Part shown: piece after piece, positions 11,815 to 21,751 of the stretch | Layout: every line of letters starts with the position of its first letter | Position numbering within the stretch: position 1 is the stretch's first letter | Assembly: GCA_965644315.1 (NCBI GenBank) | Contig: CBFFRQ010000013.1 | Location: forward strand, 62,001 to 126,000 | DNA from: Caecitellus pseudoparvulus | Taxonomy: Eukaryota > Protista > Bigyra: Bicosoecida | DNA length: 64,000 nucleotides | Reading direction: 5' to 3' | The notes under the pieces: generated by a model | What the model saw: only the letters and a program-made list of their open reading frames with translations | Databases searched by the model: none | Told to the model about the DNA's origin: nothing | Made by a program: the position numbers and the translations under genes

Positions 11815-14556
11815 CTAGGCGCTCCAGACGTCTTTCACGTACCGCCCCGCGCCCGCCATGCGCTTGAGGAAGGCCTCGGCGTCCTCCTCGCTGCCGATGC
11901 GGCCCCACTTCGCCAGGGTGGTGACGAGGGCGGCATGCACGTCCCCCGCCATGCGCCGGCCGTCTCCACACACGTACACGGCGGCACCCCCCCGCAGGAT
12001 GAGCTTGGCCACTGCCACCGCCGTGCTGGGTTCCGCCAGCTTGTCCTGCACGTACACCTTGCGCAGGGTGCCGTCGGCGGCGGTGTGGTGTCTGGACCAG
12101 CCCGTGTGCAGGTGGGTGAGCGATTCTCGCTCCACCATGCCCACCATGTCCTGCCGGTACAACCAGTCCACGTCGGGGTGGTGGTTGCCGAAGAAGAGGT
12201 GGGACGTGCCCAGGGTGGGCAGGGGCGCGTCGTCCTCCTCCACGACGCCTGGCAGGAAGCAGCCTCCCCTCCAGCTGCCTGTCGTGGCGGCTCGGCGGGC
12301 GGCTTCCGCGGCAGCACGGCGCGCCTCCCGGTGCTGCAGGAAGCCGATGAAGGGCGCCACACCCGTGCCAGGCCCGAACATGATGATGGGCGTGCTGAGC
12401 TTGGCAGGGGGCACAAAGTCCTTGGCGGGGCTGTGCGTGACTCGCAGCAGGGGCGGCGTGGCGGGGGGCGCCTCCCCCGCCAGCACCCAGGGGGCCGCCA
12501 GCTCCTCCAAGTAGTGCGTCGCAACGCCATAGCGCTTGATGGACTGCGCAGTCATGCCTGGGAGGGAGTAGGTGACGATGCTGGCAGCGATGCGCGCGAC
12601 GCCTGGCTCAGCCAGCTGTGAGTTTGCCAGGGAGAAGTGGCGCGGCGGCAGGGCTGGGAGGATGCTGAGGAGGAGGGCGAGGGTCGGCTGCAGGTCGGGG
12701 AGCAGGTGCAGGAGGTCCACCAGCGTCAGGCGCTGGGCGGTGAGGAAGGGCCCCGCGTACTCCTTGCCGGTGTTGGAGGCCAGCAGCAGCAGCGTATTAC
12801 GCGTGCCCTCCTCCTCCGCAGCACCAGCCAGCGCAGCCAGCGCTCCCCGCCGAAGGGGCGACGTCAAATCCACCCCCCACGCCAGCAGCTCCTGCACTGT
12901 GGGCATGTCCCCCGCAGCGCCGGCACAGCCTTGCAGCCGTGCAAGTGCACTCGCAGCATCGGCAGCAGCACCACCGCCACCAGGTGCAGCGGCGCTGGAG
13001 GGAGCAGGTGCCTTGGGCGGCGAGGCTGGGGCAGCCTCCCCCCCGCCCCCGCTTTGCGGGGTGGATGCAGGCGCCTTCTTGCGCAAGACACGTCGGGGGC
13101 GGGATGTCGCGGCGGCCAGGGCAGCTGCGTCCACTGACAGGGCCACTGGGGCTGCGAGGGGGAGGCCGAGGGCTGCGGCTGTGGCGGCCACAAGTGGCTG
13201 AGGGTTGGCCACGGAGATGCTGATGCTGTCCCCTGGAGTCCACGACAGAGCGCCCTGGGGTCCGCTGGTGCCCAGAGACACCTCCAGCACGCGGCGTGAC
13301 GCGCCCGCGCCGCCAGCCGTTAAGTACCGGGCCCCCACCAGTGGCAGCAGCAGCTGATGCTCAGCCACCTGGCACGCCGCCCCAACGACCATCTCCGTCC
13401 CGACAGGCTTGGCATCCGTGGCCTGCACGTCTGCCTTGAGCAGCTGGGGCGTGGGGCGCGCCACTAGCTTCAGCACTGACGGCTGCGGCACGACCACGTC
13501 GGGGAAGAGAGCGGCAAAGGAGGCCAGCCCTGGGGCAGGCGCGCTGAGGCCCCGTGTGCCGAAGTCAGCCGCAGCACTGGCGCGCGTGACGTGCGCTGCA
13601 CTGCAGGTCGCAGGCTCGCTGGTGGGCGCCGTCTGGCCTGCACCAGCGCCGCCAGCTGCCGCTGTGGGGGGCTGTGCGCGCACCTTGCGCTGGGCCAGCT
13701 GGGCCAGCAGGCTCGTGCCTGTGGCGCACTCTACGGGGCGCTCGGGGCTAGGAGGGGTCTCAGAGGGAGCCTGCTCACCCTGCTCGGCGCGGGGGTCACC
13801 CTCACGGAAGCCAACGATGCCAGACGGCGTCAGTTCCGCCCCGCTCAGCGGCGTGGGCTTGCCGGCCAGGTGCGCCTGCAAGGCGGGGTACAGGCCCTCC
13901 AGCCAGGGCTCCACGACAGACTCCAGGCCCACCTGCTCGTCAGTGCAGCCTGTGATGTAGAACTGGCGGGCACCCAGCTCGTTCATGCGTTTCACGATGT
14001 TGCGCCCAGCGTGGCACCACTTGTCGTAGTTCGTGTCGCCCAGCGCCAGCACTGCGAAGCGCAGCCCCCGCAGGGTGTCCTCAGGGTGCGTGCGGCGCTT
14101 CACCCAGCGCCAGAATCGGTCCGCATTGTTGGGCGGGTCGCCATTGCCCGTGGTGGAGCAGACGATGATTGCAGTGGAGACGCCTTCCAGACCCTGAGGC
14201 GCAGGCAAGTGACGTGGCAGAGCGCCAGCGCCGGGGCAGCGCAGCGCCTCGCTCACCTTCTTGAAGCTGTTCAGCTCATCAAAGTGGGTGGGGATGTCTT
14301 TGTGCCCCAGGTCAGCATTGATCATCTGCGAGGCGACTCGGCCAGGCGGCTTGCACGCGTGCTCCGCGGAAATTGCTGCGCCTGCCGCACCTCCGCAATA
14401 CTGCGACTGGCCCCCGTCTCGGAGCCGTACAAGACGTGAACCCTGAGAAGGCGGGAGGGTGGATGACACAGATTCGGTGCGAAACAGGAGTTTGGCGTGG
14501 GTAGCCCGTGGTGGGTGCACATGGCGCACTTACACGCCCTGGGTGGAGCCCGACAT
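11815..14556 (-). CDS. MTRR: methionine synthase reductase-like diflavin oxidoreductase
   Basis: Exons 1-2 give MSGSTQGVVHVLYGSETG. Flavodoxin motifs STTGNGDPP and LGDTNY, VGLESVVEPW, FAD motif PRHFSLAN, GPGTGVAPFIGFL, YVCGDG and terminal RYVKDVWS. Confidence 0.85.
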
Positions 14557-14860
14557 GCTAAGAATACTGCGCCCGCCAACACACACCACACGCAGAGCGG
14601 AAAACGCTGCAAGACAGGTGAAGGTGAACAAAACAGCCACCCCGGCGAAAGTTGGTGCACGTACTCCGCTTGTTTGTTTTTGTCAAGCACGGGCTCCGCC
14701 TGTCACTGGCAAGGCCTCGCCCAAAGAGGCCCCGACACGCCTGCGGAAATTGGGCTCAACGCCAGGCGGCACAACTCCCCGCCAAGGCAAGGCAGTCGTC
14801 GCATTCCTTGGGTAGCTATCAGTCTCCAAGGCTTTCAGCGTAACGGTTTTTCCTTTCCTC

Positions 14861-16093
14861 ATGTCTTGTGTGCCGCACGCCGCCGTGAGCGTGGCGAACC
14901 GCCGCAACCAAGTGGGGGACAAAGTGTCTGCGCGCGCGTGGTGCGTGTCTGACGGCAACGGCAGCATGCTCTTCGGGCACAACGCACACAAACTGCTGCC
15001 TGTGGCTTCCTTGACCAAGCTGGTGACTGCTCTCACCATGCACCTGCACGGCATCGGCGCGGAAGGCGTGCCTGTTAGCGCAACGGCCGCCGCCGTGTGC
15101 GGTACAAGTGCTGGCTTGCAGCGTGGCGAGACGCTGCCGTGCCCTGACGCCGCCCTGGCCGCGCTCCTGCTGCCGTCTGGGAACGATGCAGGCATGGCCA
15201 TCGCTGAGGCGAGCAGTGCCGGGTTTGTGGAGCTCATGCATGACACGGCAGCGGCGTGCTGTGGCGCCGTGGCGTCCCACGGCACAGCCTCACCAGCGGT
15301 GAGAGGGGGGGGACGTCAGCCGGTGCGCCGCGCCGGTGAGGCGTTCCGATGGAGCAACCCCACGGGCTTGGATGCAGAGGAGGGCGACGGTTGCCACGTG
15401 GCCACCGCTGCGGCCATGGCGGCAGTGGGAGCCGCCTGCATGAAGGTGCCCCCCCTGGCCAACACCGCGTGCACGGCGCGGTACACGTGTGAGGTGGCGG
15501 GGGGGAGAGCAGGGCGCCGTGTCGCAGAATGGGTCAACACACATAAGCTAGTCAAGCGCTATGGCCTGATGCGGAGGCAGGCCGCGCCACAAGGCGCCCC
15601 TGTTGCCAGCCCTGCCGCCTCTGCCTCCAGCTGCGATGGCAGTGAAAGTGACGCCAGCTGCCACCCGCCGAGCGACAGCTCAGCCAGTGAAACTACCACC
15701 GGGAAGCAGCTGGCAAGGAGCGATGCTGGAGGGGAAGAGGAGGAAGGCGTCGCAATGGGCGATGGCGTGCGCCTTCTGGGGGGCAAGACAGGCACGACGC
15801 ACGGTGCAGGGTACTGCCTCTTCACGTGCCTGAGCAGGGGAGGGCAGCGTCTGTGCATTGTCGTGCTGGGCGCGCGCAGCCCGCAAGCCCGGTACACCGA
15901 CACCCTCCGCCTTGCTCACCAGGCGTGGGCTGCATTGGGTCAGAGGGGCGTCACTGGCTCTCCTAGCACCGCCAGCGGCCGGCGCCGGCGGCGTTTCCCA
16001 CGCAGCAGTCGCAAGAAACGCAGCATGCCCGTGCGCGCCATGCCGTTTGAGGCGCAGAGCCTGCAGGATGCGGGCAGCGGCACGGTGGGTTGA
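14861..16093 (+). CDS. serine D-alanyl-D-alanine carboxypeptidase (peptidase S11, DacA/PBP5-like), intronless
   Basis: Catalytic SxxK (ASLTK), SxN (PSGNDA), NPTGLD and KTG (GGKTGTTHGAGYCL) in the expected order. Confidence 0.88.
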   Translation: MSCVPHAAVSVANRRNQVGDKVSARAWCVSDGNGSMLFGHNAHKLLPVASLTKLVTALTMHLHGIGAEGVPVSATAAAVCGTSAGLQRGETLPCPDAALAALLLPSGNDAGMAIAEASSAGFVELMHDTAAACCGAVASHGTASPAVRGGGRQPVRRAGEAFRWSNPTGLDAEEGDGCHVATAAAMAAVGAACMKVPPLANTACTARYTCEVAGGRAGRRVAEWVNTHKLVKRYGLMRRQAAPQGAPVASPAASASSCDGSESDASCHPPSDSSASETTTGKQLARSDAGGEEEEGVAMGDGVRLLGGKTGTTHGAGYCLFTCLSRGGQRLCIVVLGARSPQARYTDTLRLAHQAWAALGQRGVTGSPSTASGRRRRRFPRSSRKKRSMPVRAMPFEAQSLQDAGSGTVG

Positions 16094-16112
16094 CGAGTGC
16101 ATTGCTAATGGT

Positions 16113-17104
16113 TCACTGCTTCTTGGCCTTGGACTTGCCGCCGAAGAGGGCCTTGATGAGGCCCTTTGTGAGCTGGAACCACCAGACGGCGTTGAGGCAG
16201 TGCAGCGCAGCCAGCCCCAGCGCAGAGGCGATGGGCCCCACCTGCGTAATGTGCCAGCTGCCGACAGAGGCGTGCCACAGGAGCCAGGTGACGTAGGCGT
16301 TGCCGATGATACGGGAGAGTGTGAAGGTTGCCCAGAAAAAGGTGCCGTTCAACGTGCGCAGGGTGCGCAGGTGCGGGCGCAAGGCAGGGCTGGCCTCCTC
16401 GGGGTGTTCCAGGTAGTACGAAATGCACCAGTGTGGGTTCAGGAAGATGGTGCTCAGCTCGTTGCACGCGGCGAAGGACTGCACGACGACGCCGAACCCT
16501 GTGACAGCTGTGACACTCACGGCTGCAATGCCCGCGACTGCACAGGCGCGGAGGGGGGTGGGCAGTGGAGAGTCCGGGGACTTCATCTTTACGCACGATG
16601 AACATGTTTACGCGACGCATCGCGGCCTGTCAGCTGTCACCGCCGACACAGGGCAGCCGACGGCTGTGACGTGAGGCGTGCAATTTCCGCGAGGCACGTA
16701 CTGTGGTGGACGAAAGTGGAGAAATCGCGGATGTCTTCGTACAGCAAGCACATGAAGAAGTCCCCCACGAAGAAGCCCGCAGTGATGGAGGGAATGGTCC
16801 ACGTGGACAGCCAAGCCTGCTCCTTGGGCGGCCACATGCCCATGTCTTGCACGACCTCCGCCGTGGGGTAGGGGAAGACGCCGCCGCAGAAGGGCAGGAA
16901 GTGCACCGCGACGAGCCCTGTCAGCAGCATGGCATTGATCTGGCTCACAATGCGGCTGCTGGCTCCGCTGGAGAAGCCGCCCAGCAACATGCAGGCCTGG
17001 TTCAGGGCAAAGACCACGCACGCCGTGAGCAGCAGCAGCGGCACGAAGTCGGGCGGCATGGTGTCGGGCGTCAAGCCCTCCAAGGCCTCTCGCAGCGCCT
17101 GCAT
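16113..17104 (-). CDS. TLC (TRAM/LAG1/CLN8) domain membrane protein
   Basis: Several TM segments, with FFVGDF...FVHH, NELSTIFLN and NGTFFWATFTLSRII motifs. Multi-exon. Confidence 0.78.
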
Positions 17105-17237
17105 GCTGGCACAGGGTGTGAGCCTGATGAAGGAGGGTTGCCCCTTTCCGCTCAGGGCGTCGCCGTGACAGGCTGCCGTGGCGTGGCCAGTGCGAGGGCA
17201 GTTGCATTGTGACCCAGCACACGGCAGTGCCTGCCGC

Positions 17238-18250
17238 TCACTCGGCCAGCATGGCCTCCACTTCCTTCCGCTTGTCGTCTGCCGCCTTGGCCTTGGTGTA
17301 CGCCGCCGTGTCCCAGCTCTTCAGCAGGGCCAGTGCTTTCTCCTGGTAGTCTCTGTCCCCCGCTGAGGCGACAGGCAGGCTGGTGGCCTTGGCCGCCCAC
17401 CGCACCGCCTGGTCCCGGTTGCCCAGCCGGTCCTCGATGACGGCCAGGTAGTACTGGTTGGCCTTCCAGAAGTCGGGTGAGATGCGCTCCGCCGCCGCGA
17501 AGAACTCCCGTGCCTCGTCGTAGGAGGAGGAGGGGGGCTCCGCGAATAGCGTTGCCGCCAGGCTGCGCTGGTACCAGGGCATGTCGGCGACGGTGAGGCA
17601 CCACCGCCCGAGCAAATGCTGGGCAGTTGCGTCGTCTGGGTTCAGCGTCACCGCCTGCTCCCACTGACTCTTCACCTCGAAGGCATCCTTGATCTGCTGC
17701 TGGTACCCTTGAAACCCTGAGTGTGCCTGCAGAATGGTGCCGTACCACCGCCGCGCATCAGAGTTGTTGCCGTCGTACTGCACAGCCGTCTTGATGTTGG
17801 ACATGGCTTCGTCCAGCAGCGCCTTCTTGGCGTCGGAGGGCGTGCCCGCCACCTGGGACAGCTGGTACGCTGCACGAGCGTGGCGCCACAGCATGCCTGT
17901 GGCGCGCACAGCGACAGGGTGTGGCGGCGGCGAGGGCGGGCGTGTGACTGTGCACGCACTGCTGTCCTCGTAGTCCTTCTCCACGAACTCCTTCGTGTAC
18001 GTGTACACCTTCTCTCGGGGGTAGTGCACTTCATCCTTGGACATGGCGTCTGGCAGGGCATGGGTCGCCGAGTGCAGCGAAGCCAGCAGCCACGGTGGCT
18101 CACCGGCCGCGAGGGGCACTCACCAGCTTCACTCAGCTCAAACATACTGGCTGCCGCATGCACTGGGACGAATGCTGGTGCTGTGATGACAGCAGCGGCT
18201 GCTGCAGCTGCCGCCACATGCCGCGCATTGCGCATTGCTCGAGAAAGCAT
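17238..18250 (-). CDS. RMDN1: regulator of microtubule dynamics protein (RMDN1/FAM82B-like TPR protein)
   Basis: LWRHARA and AVTLNPDDATAQHLLGRWCLTVADMPWYQRSLAATLFAEPPSSSYDEA. Arg-rich, acid-free N-terminus resembling a mitochondrial presequence. Confidence 0.85.
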
Positions 18251-18429
18251 GGCTTCACCACGCCGAGGCCGTTTCGCACACTCCGCGCCGAACGCAGAGC
18301 GGGGGTCGACTCAAATTAAACTCTGCGTCATGTGCAGTGATATCGCTGTGGGTGCTTTTGTCATGCTGAAATGTGTACCAGGTCACCTGCCTGTGTGATG
18401 CTGCCTGCGTTTCGTTCGAAACGCTCAGC

Positions 18430-21400
18430 ATGATGCTGGCAGCCGGCCAGCGGCGGCTGTTGCACACGGTGCGCGGCAGTGTCTCCAGGGTCATCTTTAA
18501 GGCAGATGGCGGGGACTTTGCAGTGCTGCAAGTGCGCGTGCAGGAGGCGGAGCACAGCGAGGGGCAGCCGACAGTGGCTCGGGGCACCCTGCTCACAGCG
18601 GCTGGAAAGGGCGGCCTGGGCGTGTTCGGCAGGGGCGTGCCCTTGACGCTGTCGGGGGACCTCGTGGAGCACCCGACCTATGGCCAGCAGCTGAAGGTGC
18701 AGACTGCGTCGCACTCCCTGGACCCCAGCCGCACGCCCGAGGGAGACCCCGCCCAGCCCAACGCAGAGGAGGTGGCTTCCTTCCTCAGCAGCGGCTTGTT
18801 CAAGGGCATCGGGCCCAAGGTGGCGGCCAGCATCGTGGAAACACTTGGTGACGACACCATGGCGGTGCTGAACAACGAGGACGGCCGCTTCATGGAGCTG
18901 GCAAGGGTGAAGGGGGTGGGCCCCGCCATGCTGCGGAATCTGGCCCAGCAGTGGGGTGCCCAGCGCAGTTCCCAGGAACTCATCACATTCCTGCAGCGGC
19001 ACGGCGCCAGCACGGGCCTGGCACACCGCTGCATCCAGACCTTCGGCTCCGCCTCCGCCGCCCTCGCCGTGCTGCGTGCCGAGCCGTACCGCCTGGCCCT
19101 GTCTGTGCCCCGTGTGGCCTTCCCCACTGCCGACGCCCTGGCCCGCAGCATCCACGGCCCCGCCTACGCCGGCCTCAGCCCGCCTCGCCTGCACGCTGCC
19201 CTCGTGCACGTGCTGCAGGCGTCCTTGGCGGCAGGGCACACCGCCCTGCCCCAGGCCCAGCTGCTGGAGGAGACACAAGAGCTGCTGGGGCGAGGCGAGG
19301 CGCCCCCGGCCCCCGCCCAGCTGCAGCCGGCCCTGCACCGCACACTGCAGGACTTGGTGCAGGGGGGGCACTGCGTCACGTTTCGGCGTGTGGAGGAGGA
19401 AGGGGGGGGTGTGTCCCCTGGCCTGGCCATGGTGGCACTACCCAGGGTGGCGGCTGCTGAGCGGCGCATCGCTGAGCGCGTGGCGCAGCTGCAGGCGTGG
19501 AGCAGCCCCATGGCGAGCGGTGGGGGCGGAAACAGCACGTCCCCTGCCGACCCAGACATGGAGGGTGGCGGTGGCGGCGGCGGCATCCCGGCCGGGGCGG
19601 AGTGGGGTCCCGCCCTGCTCCAGGCGCTGCACAGCACAGAGGCGACCAGTGGCAAGCGCCTGTCAGCTGAGCAGACGGCTGCTGTGATGGCTGCGCTGCA
19701 GCACCCTGTGAGCATCATCAGCGGCGGGCCAGGCACAGGCAAGACGCATGCCCTGCGCACACTTGTGCAGGCCTGGCGCTATCTGGGCAAGAAGGTGGTG
19801 CTGGCGTGCCCGACCGCCCGGGCAGCTCACCGCTTGAACGCGCTGCTGGGCGAAGAGGCTGGTGGAGAGGGGGGGGCAGAGGCGGGTGGTGGGCGCATCG
19901 CACCTGCCACCACCCTGCACAAGTTGCTGGAGTATGGGAGGGGGGGCGTGACCCCCCTCCTGTCGGCTGCTGAGGGGGGGGTGGGGGATGCCGCCGCGGA
20001 GGGCATGGACGGCGCCACCCCCGGCCTGTGGAAGTTCGGACGGCACGCCGGGCGGCCGTTGGATGCGGACGCCATCTTGGTGGATGAGGCGTCCATGCTG
20101 GATGTGGAGCTGGGCGCAGGTCTCCTGGATGCTGTGCGGTGCAGCGGTGGCGGCGGCGGCGGCGGCGGCACCAGCCTGGTGTTGGTGGGGGACGTGGACC
20201 AGCTGCCGCCCGTGGGGCCGGGGCGCGTGTTCGGGGACCTCCTGGCCAGCGGGCAGGTGCACGTGTCCCGCCTCACCACCATGTTCCGCCAAGCCGCCGC
20301 GTCAGCCATCAAGCGCAACGCAGCCATGGCCAACGCCGGCGCCGTGCCGACACACTTCGTGCGGCTGGTGCCGGGGCCGGACGGCGGCGTGGAGGAGGAG
20401 GCCGCCTCTCCCTCTTCCTGGCAGGCGTCGGGCCTGCAGCCTGACTGCTTCTTCGTGCCTGCGCCCGAGGCGGCCGACGTCGTGCCAGGCGTCGTGCAGG
20501 TGGCGCTGCGCCACGCCATGGCCGCCGGCGCCAGTCGCCACGACGTGCAGGTGCTGGCACCCATGCGGCGTGGACCGGCAGGCACTGACGCCCTGAATGC
20601 CGCCCTGCAGGCAGAGTTGAACCCCCATGCGGCCGCCATGTGGGCTGGGGGGCAAGAGGCACCCACTGCCTGCCTGCCAGACAGCGTGCGGGGCTGGCTA
20701 GCCAGCACGGTGAAGCTGGCGGTGGGAGACCGAGTCATGCAGCAGGCCAACGACTACTCCAAGGGGGTCATGAACGGCGACACGGGCACCGTCGTGCGCA
20801 TAACCTGGGCGGGGGGTGACCTGTGGGAGGAGGGGGGCAGCCTGCGTGCCGCGTGGCGTGGCCGGCGCGGCACCAACCCCCGCCCCTCCACCCTCAGCAG
20901 GTCTGCCCGCGTGACGGTGCGCTTTCTGGACGGCGGGCCGGGCTCCGAGGCCGAGGTGGAGTACAGCCTGGGCGAGGCCAACGCCCGCCTGACGCTGGCG
21001 TACGCCGTCACAGTGCACAAGGCGCAGGGGCAGGAGTACCCCGTCGTTATCACTGCGGCACACACAGCGCACTACGTCATGCTGAGCCGGGGGCTGCTGT
21101 ACACCGCCCTCAGCCGCGCGACGCAGGCCGCCTACATCGTCGGCACCAAGCCTGCCATGGCTGTCGCCGTGCGTAATACGCTGCCCGCCCGGCGCGACAC
21201 GCAGCTGTGCGACATCCTGCGTGGCGCAGGGCAGGTCACGTCCTCCGGCCGGCCCCTGTGGGGCGACTGCACCTCCACCCACACGCTGCTGGCTCACGCC
21301 GGCATAGCCACAGGTGCCAGTGAAGCAGGCACTGACGCCGACAGTGCCCGGGAGCCGGCACCACCTCTGCTGGACCTGGTCCCCCGAGACATGTTGTGGG

Positions 21401-21654
21401 ACGTGCCCTGCCGCCTGCAGGCTGCTGGGCTGCCACCCGATGCGCTGCACACCGACGCAGCGCAGTGGACGCAGGCGGACCTGGGCCGGGGGCGTGCCTG
21501 GCAGGCACTGGGCATCGCAAGCGTCCTGCCGTGGGCGGGGGCAGGTGTGCCGCTGGCCGTGCCGCCGCCCCTGCTGCCCCCTTCTACAGGCACCTCCAGC
21601 CCCGGCGTTGCGGAGTGGCAGGCCTTGGGCCTGGAGCCTCTGTTGCGGGCGTGA
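18430..21654 (+). CDS. recD2: ATP-dependent RecD2-like (RecD/TraA family, SF1B) DNA helicase, intronless
   Basis: N-terminal HPTYGQQLKV, HhH motifs (LSSGLFKGIGPKVA; VKGVGP), Walker A GGPGTGKT, VDEASMLD, VGDVDQLPPVGPG, FRQA, GDRVMQQANDY, AYAVTVHKAQGQEY, LLYTALSRA. Confidence 0.93.
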   Translation: MMLAAGQRRLLHTVRGSVSRVIFKADGGDFAVLQVRVQEAEHSEGQPTVARGTLLTAAGKGGLGVFGRGVPLTLSGDLVEHPTYGQQLKVQTASHSLDPSRTPEGDPAQPNAEEVASFLSSGLFKGIGPKVAASIVETLGDDTMAVLNNEDGRFMELARVKGVGPAMLRNLAQQWGAQRSSQELITFLQRHGASTGLAHRCIQTFGSASAALAVLRAEPYRLALSVPRVAFPTADALARSIHGPAYAGLSPPRLHAALVHVLQASLAAGHTALPQAQLLEETQELLGRGEAPPAPAQLQPALHRTLQDLVQGGHCVTFRRVEEEGGGVSPGLAMVALPRVAAAERRIAERVAQLQAWSSPMASGGGGNSTSPADPDMEGGGGGGGIPAGAEWGPALLQALHSTEATSGKRLSAEQTAAVMAALQHPVSIISGGPGTGKTHALRTLVQAWRYLGKKVVLACPTARAAHRLNALLGEEAGGEGGAEAGGGRIAPATTLHKLLEYGRGGVTPLLSAAEGGVGDAAAEGMDGATPGLWKFGRHAGRPLDADAILVDEASMLDVELGAGLLDAVRCSGGGGGGGGTSLVLVGDVDQLPPVGPGRVFGDLLASGQVHVSRLTTMFRQAAASAIKRNAAMANAGAVPTHFVRLVPGPDGGVEEEAASPSSWQASGLQPDCFFVPAPEAADVVPGVVQVALRHAMAAGASRHDVQVLAPMRRGPAGTDALNAALQAELNPHAAAMWAGGQEAPTACLPDSVRGWLASTVKLAVGDRVMQQANDYSKGVMNGDTGTVVRITWAGGDLWEEGGSLRAAWRGRRGTNPRPSTLSRSARVTVRFLDGGPGSEAEVEYSLGEANARLTLAYAVTVHKAQGQEYPVVITAAHTAHYVMLSRGLLYTALSRATQAAYIVGTKPAMAVAVRNTLPARRDTQLCDILRGAGQVTSSGRPLWGDCTSTHTLLAHAGIATGASEAGTDADSAREPAPPLLDLVPRDMLWDVPCRLQAAGLPPDALHTDAAQWTQADLGRGRAWQALGIASVLPWAGAGVPLAVPPPLLPPSTGTSSPGVAEWQALGLEPLLRA

Positions 21655-21751
21655 CGTGGGCGCCCTACGACGTACATTAATGCTACAGACACACACACAC
21701 ACGCACTCACATGAGCGCACACACACAGGTGCAGGGCGCTGCCCTGAGCCG

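Noticed and set aside
14861-21654. Bacterial contamination or a single HGT island spanning S11 and RecD2
   Set aside because: Intron-containing eukaryotic genes (TLC, RMDN1) lie between them and composition matches the host.
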